Source: Minisyncoccota bacterium (GTDB lineage Bacteria > Patescibacteriota > Minisyncoccia > Phycocordibacterales > Phycocordibacteraceae). Taken from it: a stretch of 61,701 nucleotides of DNA. Position numbers and translations under genes: made by a program. The notes below the pieces were generated by a model, which was given only the letters and a program-made list of their open reading frames with translations, was not told the origin of the DNA and made no database searches. The stretch lies in NCBI GenBank assembly GCA_038106525.1, contig JAYOEC010000003.1, positions 1 to 61,701 on the forward strand, in the 5' to 3' direction. Shown in pieces: positions 54,751 through 61,701 of the stretch (position 1 is its first letter; each line of letters starts with the position of its first letter).

Positions 54751-56301
54751 CTACTTGCGTGTTGCGACAAATGCCTCGATGTGTGACTTGAGCGCTGCCT
54801 CAGTATCGTCCGAAATATCCCGTTCGGTACGGATCGACTGAAGCACATCTTTGCCCTCTCGCTCCATGAACGAAACAAAGTGCTGCTCGACCTCATGCAT
54901 GCGATCGGGCTCAAAGGCATCGAAGTACCCGCGTGTTGCCGCATACAACACCACCACTTGCCGCTCAAACGGGATCGGCGAGTACTTGTTCTGGTTGAGC
55001 ACTGCGGCAAGTCTGCGACCAGTGTCAATGCGTTTTTTGGTCTCCGGATCGAGATCCTGAGAAAACTGCATAAATGCCTCAAGCTCGCGAAACTGCGCAA
55101 GGTCCAGCTTAATCCTGCCCGCAACTTTCTTCATCGCCTTGGTCTGTGCCGCTCCGCCTACGCGAGAAACCGAGATACCTACATTAATGGCTGGCCGCGT
55201 ACCCTTATTAAAGAGGTCGGCCTCCAGGAACATCTGTCCATCAGTAATCGAAATCACATTTGTAGGAATGTATGCTGACACATCACCGTCCTGCGTTTCG
55301 ATGATTGGAAGCGCGGTGATCGAGCCACCACCCTTTTCCTTCGAGAGTTTAGCAGCGCGTTCAAGAAGGCGTGAGTGGAGATAGAAGATGTCTCCTGGGT
55401 ACGCCTCGCGACCTGGCGGACGACGGAGGAGGAGCGAGAGCTGGCGATACGCGACGGCCTGCTTAGACAAATCGTCGTAAATAATCAACACATCGCGGCC
55501 CTGGTCCATAAAATACTCGGCCATTGCAACTCCGGCATATGGCGCAAGAAACTGGTACGCAGCCGGCGCTGATGCGGGTGCAGTAACAATAGTGGTGTAC
55601 GCAAGCGCCCCTCGCTCTGCAAGTAACCCGGCGACACGAGCGGTTTTTGACTCCTTTTGGCCGATCGCGACATAGATGCACAGCGGCCGTCGCTCCTTCG
55701 GCTCGTTAAGCTGATTCAAGATTGCGTCGACCGCAACCGCCGTCTTGCCGGTACCACGATCTCCAATAATGAGTTCGCGTTGCCCGCGGCCGATTGGGAT
55801 CAATACATCGATCGCCTTAATACCAGTATGCAGCGGTTCGTTCACCGACGAGCGGTCAATGACGCCGTACGCCTCGCGCTCCACCGGGTAGGAGCCGCTT
55901 GCAGCAATCGGTCCCTTACCATCAACCGGCACTCCGAGCGTATCGACAATTCGGCCAATAACAGCGTCGCCAACCGGAACCGAGAGCAACTTGCCAGTGC
56001 CGTACACTAGCATCCCTTCCTTTATGCGCGAAGCGTCTCCGAGAATGATCGCTTTTACCGTATCTTCTTCAAGATTCAAAATGACACCAAAGAGCGCACC
56101 GTCGCGCTTGATTGCCTCTGCAACGCTGAGCTGACTTGACTCGTCGAACACCACCATCTCAGACATGGCTGCCTGCTGCAGCCCATCTATTTCAACGATG
56201 CCATCGCCCACCGAGCGGACAGCGCCAGCATTCTCCCGCGGAGCCTCAACACCAAGCGCTGCAATTTCTTTCTTCAGGCGATCAATAATTGGTGCAGTCA
56301 T
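54751..56301 (-). CDS. atpA: F1 ATP synthase alpha subunit
   Basis: GDRGTGKTA Walker A and overall alpha-subunit collinearity. Confidence 0.95.
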   Translation of the reverse strand: MTAPIIDRLKKEIAALGVEAPRENAGAVRSVGDGIVEIDGLQQAAMSEMVVFDESSQLSVAEAIKRDGALFGVILNLEEDTVKAIILGDASRIKEGMLVYGTGKLLSVPVGDAVIGRIVDTLGVPVDGKGPIAASGSYPVEREAYGVIDRSSVNEPLHTGIKAIDVLIPIGRGQRELIIGDRGTGKTAVAVDAILNQLNEPKERRPLCIYVAIGQKESKTARVAGLLAERGALAYTTIVTAPASAPAAYQFLAPYAGVAMAEYFMDQGRDVLIIYDDLSKQAVAYRQLSLLLRRPPGREAYPGDIFYLHSRLLERAAKLSKEKGGGSITALPIIETQDGDVSAYIPTNVISITDGQMFLEADLFNKGTRPAINVGISVSRVGGAAQTKAMKKVAGRIKLDLAQFRELEAFMQFSQDLDPETKKRIDTGRRLAAVLNQNKYSPIPFERQVVVLYAATRGYFDAFEPDRMHEVEQHFVSFMEREGKDVLQSIRTERDISDDTEAALKSHIEAFVATRK

Positions 56302-56621
56302 GCATGTGCAATTATTTTTTTGTAAAGAGTAACCAGTGCAGTCCTGAAGGTGCCGTCGTGCACACGCGACCCGTCCTGGTACAGATATCCACCGACAATG
56401 CGCGGATCGATAATCATTCGGGCGCGTGCATATGCAGCTGGGGCTGTAGCTCCATCCTCTTGTCGAGCAACAGTAAGCGTCGGGCCGCCTGACTTTGCTG
56501 CCTCCAGCATGCGGACAACCCGCGGCAACAGCGAGAGATGCCCCCGCAAACGCATGTACGCAAGCACCCGCTCGGGATCAAGTGTTTGGAATGCAACAAC
56601 ATATGCGCGAGTGGCGTTCAT
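56298..56621 (-). CDS. atpH: F1 ATP synthase delta (OSCP) subunit, truncated
   Basis: 107-aa ORF matching only the C-terminal half of delta: GHLSLLPRVVRMLE ... IDPRIVGGYLYQDGSRVHDGTFR. Has 4-nt overlaps with atpF and atpA. Confidence 0.75.
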   Translation of the reverse strand: MNATRAYVVAFQTLDPERVLAYMRLRGHLSLLPRVVRMLEAAKSGGPTLTVARQEDGATAPAAYARARMIIDPRIVGGYLYQDGSRVHDGTFRTALVTLYKKIIAHA

Positions 56622-57061
56622 ACTTTGCTCAGTATCTTCTCTGCTGCAAGAACTGCAGTGCGCGCAATCTCCTTTTCACCCTCTTCAAGAATGGCACGGG
56701 CTCGCTCGCTCGCGGCGGCCTCTGCATCGCGGACCAACTGTTCTGCCCGAGCAGCCGCCGTACGGAGCTCCGCAGCGCGTGCAGCAGCTGCCTCCTCTAT
56801 TGCGCGCTGCATCACCCGCTCGCTCTCTCGATGTGCTTCGGCAAGGATCCCACTTCGCTCCTCGGCAGCAGTCGCCCGTTCAGCCGCAGCTTTTTCCGCG
56901 TCATCCAGACCTTTTGCCACCACATCCGCCCGTTCTCTAAGCAGTTTGAAAACCGGTGTATACACAAGATACCCAAGCGCCACAAGCACGATAAGAAAAT
57001 TAATGCTCTGCGCGAGCATCAATTTCCAATCAATGCCAAAGGCGTGGATAAGATCTTCCAT
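56618..57061 (-). CDS. atpF: Fo ATP synthase subunit b
   Basis: 147-aa ORF with one N-terminal TM, then a long A/E/R-rich helix. Confidence 0.85.
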   Translation of the reverse strand: MEDLIHAFGIDWKLMLAQSINFLIVLVALGYLVYTPVFKLLRERADVVAKGLDDAEKAAAERATAAEERSGILAEAHRESERVMQRAIEEAAAARAAELRTAAARAEQLVRDAEAAASERARAILEEGEKEIARTAVLAAEKILSKV

Positions 57062-57081
57062 ACTACTCTGAGGGCACGCGA

Positions 57082-58079
<998 letters not shown>

Positions 58080-58082
58080 GCG

Positions 58083-58097
58083 TGCTACACTGTAGCA
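58083..58097. promoter_or_regulatory. 15-bp perfect palindrome in the 21-nt atpB/mscL divergent spacer
   Basis: TGCTACA-C-TGTAGCA sits exactly between ATG 58079 (minus) and ATG 58101 (plus). Confidence 0.4.
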
Positions 58098-58100
58098 TAT

Positions 58101-58403
58101 ATGGCCAATTTCCTTAATTTTATTCGCGAACAAGGGGTGGTAGGCCTCGCCATTGGATTCATTTTGGGAGGCGCCGTATCCGAGCTGGTAAAGTCGCTCA
58201 TCAACGACATCATTAACCCTCTCCTTGGATTAGTCCTCGGTCAGGTCGCGGGACTAAAGACTGCTTCATTCAGTTTTTTAGGCGCAACGGTTGCATGGGG
58301 GTCCTTTACCACCGTGCTCATAAACTTTATTATCATCGCTGCAGTCGTGTACTACGGGTTCAAGGCGCTCGGCCTTGAGAAGTTGGATAGGAAAAAGGGC
58401 TAG
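58101..58403 (+). CDS. mscL: large-conductance mechanosensitive channel (short form)
   Basis: MANFLNFIREQGVVGLAIGFILGGAVSELVKSLINDIINPLLG matches the MscL N-terminus/TM1 pattern. 100 aa from ATG 58101. Confidence 0.85.
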   Translation: MANFLNFIREQGVVGLAIGFILGGAVSELVKSLINDIINPLLGLVLGQVAGLKTASFSFLGATVAWGSFTTVLINFIIIAAVVYYGFKALGLEKLDRKKG

Positions 58404-60947
58404 CTATCCTTTCAGCGTCGCAAGTCGTCGCTTCAACTGCTCAAGCGAGAGAACGCCTTCATGAGTGCTGCCATCTGGGAACTTCCAGGTTGGAATTGCC
58501 CTTACTCCCTTCTCGCGACACTCTCCGCTGATGGTTTTACTTCCGTCTGGAGATCCGCACTCAATTATGCTGAATGCCGGTTTGCCTTCAGAGTAGAGTG
58601 AGGCTCCAAATATTTCCTTCTGCATTTTGCATGGCCCGCACCACTCTGCGCTATACAACACAACACCTTTCGTTCGAAGCGACTCTAAAACTGCGCTTGC
58701 CTCTCGTGTTGAAGCAGGTGCAAGTACACTCTCAACTGCCGTGACTGACTCTGACGGCCTTTCGACTGGGATTTCAATCGGCGCCTCTGCAGACCGCGTA
58801 GAGATCTCAAATACCTCCTCCGCACTCGATGAATAATCCGGATTTATAATTTCGTCCGGGAGCGGAGGCAACGCAACCTCCGGTTCAGCTGCAGTGATGC
58901 TCGGATCCAGAGCGATCGCTGAATCCTGAGCGGCTGCGACCTTCTCTTCTGCAACTCGAAGTAATCCTGCAAGCACATCGTTTGGACTACCGTCCGGTGT
59001 TGGTCGAAATTCAATAACTTGCGAAAGAGTCGGATTCGTCCTCGTCATTTCCGAAATAAATGCGGCCGTAGCCGGTAGCTTTGCAACAAATTTCTCCTCA
59101 CTCATCATGAATGAACCGACTGCAATCGCAAGCGCATTCGCGACTCTCTGATCGCCGCCCGCAAGAAATCCTGACTTTCCGAGCACCACATCGGCATAGT
59201 TATCGACACCGCGGCCATACATCCTCTCCTCGATCGAGGACAGTTCACTCATAATCTGTCCCTTAAACGACTCGTCTTCAATACCATTCAGCGCGATCTC
59301 AAATCCTCCAATCCGGGCAATGATGCCTCCGTTAACGAATCCAAGATCACTGGAAAACCAATCGTTCCTCCAGCCAATCTCGTCACTCATCTTCTCGGCT
59401 GAAAGTGATGGGTCTGGCGCAAGGGTAAACTTTGGACACACCGCCGCGGTAAGCTTGATGTCGGCACCAACAGTACCCGGTACCGGCCCAGGCCCAACGC
59501 CGCCCACAAGTGCGTCTCCTGCAGCGTTTAGCATATTATCCTCAACATAGACTCCCCGCTCTTCTATCCGCGGGTGTGCATTACACTCGGCAACTCCTGA
59601 CGGATCATCAATGACTCTTGTGTAATCATACAAGTTGCTAACGAGCTCCTGCGCGTTCGAATTGCTGACCAAGTTGTGAAAATCAATTCTGCGATCGGGC
59701 TCAATACCCGGCTTGTCATTGGCCAAAAACTCTTCTGCCGACATATACGGATAAATGATTAGTGGCCCCGCCTTTGTCCGTACATTATCGTCAAGGCATA
59801 TCCCAGGAGACTGTACATACTGATAGGACGGTGTACGCGCAATGAGACGGTCTGAAAACTCGCTTCCAGGACCAAATGCCCTAAATCCTGACAGTACGCG
59901 AGGCTTTGGCGGTAGATCTGATGGATTTGCATACCCGGATTCAAGAGCAAAACCGCGACCAAGCATCTCCTGAAATGTTTCAGGAGTTAGTGTCGGATAG
60001 TGAGCGACAATGTCTACCGGGCGGACACCGTCAGTCTGAATTGCAACCTCACTAATCTGTTGCTCAGCGCCGTTCAAGAAATACACTTTCGGACCTCCAG
60101 ATGAAGATTTTACATCATACACCGCAAACCATCCATTGCCCCGTGTCTCAATGTGCTGGATGAGGGAGCCCGTGTAATCTATTGAAAAGGCAGGTGCCGA
60201 TTCGAAAGAACTCTCAGCAATTGCTGCAGGGCCACTCAGAACATACGAGAGCGCATCGCCAGTACCCGCGAGCAGATCCGCACCAAAGCGTGCGGTTCCG
60301 TATCCGGCGCCAAACCCTGCAACACCTCCGGCAACGGTAGTAAAGATCGACCGGGCGCGCCTTGCAACCCTCAAGCCACGATGTGCGGCAAGGATTTCAT
60401 TCTGAGATTTCTGGATGTTGCCTTCGTGATACTCGTTTTCAGCGTTTGTAAGCCGCGACTCCGCAGCTGCAACTCCAAAGAAATCCGGCATGAATCGGCG
60501 GATACCAAGCGACGCAAGAATGCCCGCAGCAGTTGAGGCCACGGCAGTCCCCCACCCAAAGGTAGATGCGCGAACCGCAAATAATCCGCCAAGCACTCCA
60601 AAGCCAGCGCCCAACGCACCATACTTTACCCCTGCAGGGAGCTGCTTAAACCTCCAAAGTGATGCATTTTTGAGCGACGCAAACTCTCTGCGTATCACCA
60701 TTTGCTGCGAGATAAGCCTTCCAATCTTTGATCGAACTGCAGCTTTGTTTTCATCAGCACTTTCTTCTAGTTCTGAATCCAATTTGTACTTTGCTGCTTC
60801 AAACACTACCTCAATCTCCTTTTTCAGCTTTCTGAACTCTGCTGCCGCGTTAGCCTTATTGACCCCACTGGAGCAGTAGTACTCCCAGGCCTTTTGGCTT
60901 AGTGAATCCTGTAATCTCATTCTCTCTCCTGTGATTGCCCCAGCCAT
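58404..60947 (-). CDS. large membrane-associated protein with C-terminal VKOR-type thioredoxin-like domain
   Basis: 847-aa ORF. N-terminal coiled region is followed by Gly/Ala-rich TM-like segments (GALGAGFGVLGGLFAV, TTVAGGVAGFGAGYG). A central region of about 480 aa is unassigned. C-terminus reads VVLYSAEWCGPCKMQKEIFG...IECGSPDG...CREKGVRAIPTWKF (CGPC at 58629-58640). Confidence 0.65.
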   Translation of the reverse strand: MAGAITGERMRLQDSLSQKAWEYYCSSGVNKANAAAEFRKLKKEIEVVFEAAKYKLDSELEESADENKAAVRSKIGRLISQQMVIRREFASLKNASLWRFKQLPAGVKYGALGAGFGVLGGLFAVRASTFGWGTAVASTAAGILASLGIRRFMPDFFGVAAAESRLTNAENEYHEGNIQKSQNEILAAHRGLRVARRARSIFTTVAGGVAGFGAGYGTARFGADLLAGTGDALSYVLSGPAAIAESSFESAPAFSIDYTGSLIQHIETRGNGWFAVYDVKSSSGGPKVYFLNGAEQQISEVAIQTDGVRPVDIVAHYPTLTPETFQEMLGRGFALESGYANPSDLPPKPRVLSGFRAFGPGSEFSDRLIARTPSYQYVQSPGICLDDNVRTKAGPLIIYPYMSAEEFLANDKPGIEPDRRIDFHNLVSNSNAQELVSNLYDYTRVIDDPSGVAECNAHPRIEERGVYVEDNMLNAAGDALVGGVGPGPVPGTVGADIKLTAAVCPKFTLAPDPSLSAEKMSDEIGWRNDWFSSDLGFVNGGIIARIGGFEIALNGIEDESFKGQIMSELSSIEERMYGRGVDNYADVVLGKSGFLAGGDQRVANALAIAVGSFMMSEEKFVAKLPATAAFISEMTRTNPTLSQVIEFRPTPDGSPNDVLAGLLRVAEEKVAAAQDSAIALDPSITAAEPEVALPPLPDEIINPDYSSSAEEVFEISTRSAEAPIEIPVERPSESVTAVESVLAPASTREASAVLESLRTKGVVLYSAEWCGPCKMQKEIFGASLYSEGKPAFSIIECGSPDGSKTISGECREKGVRAIPTWKFPDGSTHEGVLSLEQLKRRLATLKG

Positions 60948-60978
60948 ACCGCCCTTTGTTACTTTTTAAGATGGTCAA

Positions 60979-61007
60979 AAAGTACTCCTCGATTTGAGGA
61001 TTGTCAA
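60979..61007 (-). promoter_or_regulatory. candidate promoter of the 847-aa gene
   Basis: Minus strand reads TTGACA-N17-TACTTT, about 25 nt upstream of ATG 60947, with AAGGG as a possible SD. Confidence 0.35.
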
Positions 61008-61024
61008 GTTTTTCTGCAAATCAC

Positions 61025-61486
61025 CTACTTTAGCCTTTCGAGGTCAGCAAGGACCTTCCGGACATCGCTGGTGAGCTGCTCGAGGGTTACCGCCTGCCGC
61101 TGCTTGCGTGCTGCGTCGCGCTCTTCGTCCTCACCAAGCTCTTCAACCTCCTCCTGAATATCCTCAACATCCTCCTGGATCTCGCCGACATCCTCTTGAA
61201 TTTCCTCGACATCCTCCTGGATCTCCTCGACATCCTCCGACACCTCTTTGAGCTCGCGTGCTTGGCGATTGACGGTCATTTGAATAAATATGGCAAGATA
61301 TATCGCCTCAAGCGATACGATCGTGGTTACGACAAGCAACACCATATCCCATGGCGCATAGCCAAAGAACGCGATCACAAAAGAGCAAAAAAATAAAGCG
61401 GTGTGGATCCCGAGCGACCAGAGAGAACCGATCCATGAAGTAAGTCGCTCGAGTAATTGTTCAATAATGTGTTGATGACGACTCAT
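61025..61486 (-). CDS. DUF1003-like two-TM membrane protein with acidic heptad-repeat tail
   Basis: GSLWSLGIHTALFF..., WDMVLLVVTTIVSLEAIYLAIFIQMTVNRQ (DUF1003-like, from memory), then an EDVEEIQ repeat tract. ATG 61486 lies 4 nt after the tRNA; the track start 61531 is inside the tRNA. Confidence 0.6.
   Translation of the reverse strand: MSRHQHIIEQLLERLTSWIGSLWSLGIHTALFFCSFVIAFFGYAPWDMVLLVVTTIVSLEAIYLAIFIQMTVNRQARELKEVSEDVEEIQEDVEEIQEDVGEIQEDVEDIQEEVEELGEDEERDAARKQRQAVTLEQLTSDVRKVLADLERLK
61133..61237 (-). repeat. in-frame 21-nt tandem repeat (about 5 units) encoding (EDVEEIQ)n
   Basis: Units are at 61217-61237, 61196-61216, 61175-61195 and 61154-61174, plus a degenerate unit at 61133-61153. 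The consensus on the coding strand is GAGGATGTCGAGGAGATCCAG. Confidence 0.85.
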
Positions 61487-61489
61487 ATG

Positions 61490-61562
61490 TGGACCCTGCG
61501 GGGATCGAACCCGCCGCCTCATCCATGCCATGGATGCGCTCTACCAGATGAGCTAAGGGCCC
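61490..61562 (-). tRNA. tRNA-Ala (anticodon GGC)
   Basis: Hand-folded 73-nt cloverleaf: GGGCCCT/AGGGTCC acceptor with G3:U70, D arm GCTC-ATCTGGTA-GAGC, anticodon arm CATCC-ATGGCAT-GGATG, T arm GCGGG-TTCGATC-CCCGC, discriminator A. CCA is not encoded. Confidence 0.85.
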
Positions 61563-61621
61563 AAACCGGGAGGAGTACGAAAATAGTACCACGATACAAC
61601 CTGAACACTGTACTCCCAACA

Positions 61622-61701
61622 AAATCGTAGGTGCATCGTAAGGGCTTTGTGCTCTCGGCAGGAATCGTAAGTGCATCGTAAGGGCTTTGTGCTCTCGGCA
61701 G
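61622..61701. repeat. 40-nt direct tandem repeat (2 copies, truncated by window end)
   Basis: Copy 1 is aaatcgtaggtgcatcgtaagggctttgtgctctcggcag (61622-61661). Copy 2 is gaatcgtaagtgcatcgtaagggctttgtgctctcggcag (61662-61701). They are head-to-tail with 2 mismatches. Confidence 0.9.

Noticed and set aside
61622-61701. Possible CRISPR array at the window edge
   Set aside because: The two 40-nt units are directly adjacent with no spacers. No cas genes are nearby, and the unit has no typical CRISPR repeat palindromy. I treat it as a plain tandem repeat.

Overview
This 61.7-kb window is coded almost entirely on the minus strand and is very tightly packed, with many 1-4 nt start/stop overlaps. It looks like a small-genome bacterium. 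I infer Candidate Phyla Radiation/Patescibacteria (Parcubacteria-like) from three things: the gene families present (TrpR/YerC-like protein, sigma-region-4 + HARE-HTH protein, ATP-cone nuclease, DUF5671-like protein), several trimmed housekeeping proteins, and standard-code long ORFs.

Housekeeping content (window order, all minus strand unless noted):
- M23 peptidase, gltX, murG-ftsW-mraY, a PBP5-like carboxypeptidase, scpB/scpA, pepA (+), aspS, trpS
- grpE-dnaK-dnaJ (listed in transcription order)
- Ribosomal/RNAP block, in transcription order: infA-rpmJ-rpsM-rpsK-rpsD-rpoA-rplQ-rplM-rpsI
- alaS, pepF, ung (+), ogt, mnmA, mltG, leuS, ychF
- Complete F1Fo operon, in transcription order atpBEFHAGDC, then mscL (+) and tRNA-Ala(GGC)

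Accessory or unusual content:
1. An unannotated 42-aa Cys-rich peptide is translationally coupled to two paralogous GRDP/DUF1399-like proteins, one fused to a SAM methyltransferase (18221-19597). This is a RiPP-like cassette and the best candidate for a new system.
2. An operon combines an ATP-grasp ligase, a membrane protein, a LpxO/OlsC-like hydroxylase, a PlsC-like acyltransferase, an acyl-ACP-reductase-like enzyme and an orphan histidine kinase (11893-18107).
3. LeuRS carries a Nudix-like insertion of about 140 aa.
4. A 973-aa secreted lipase-like protein has a duplicated N-terminal module. It is followed upstream by a Cas4-like nuclease and an ATP-cone/restriction-fold nuclease.
5. An 847-aa membrane protein ends in a VKOR-type thioredoxin domain.
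6. A three-arm repeat switch lies between rpsI and grpE.
7. A low-GC orphan gene sits behind a perfect consensus promoter that would make it leaderless.

All calls come from reading the translations and DNA by eye. No database searches were run.
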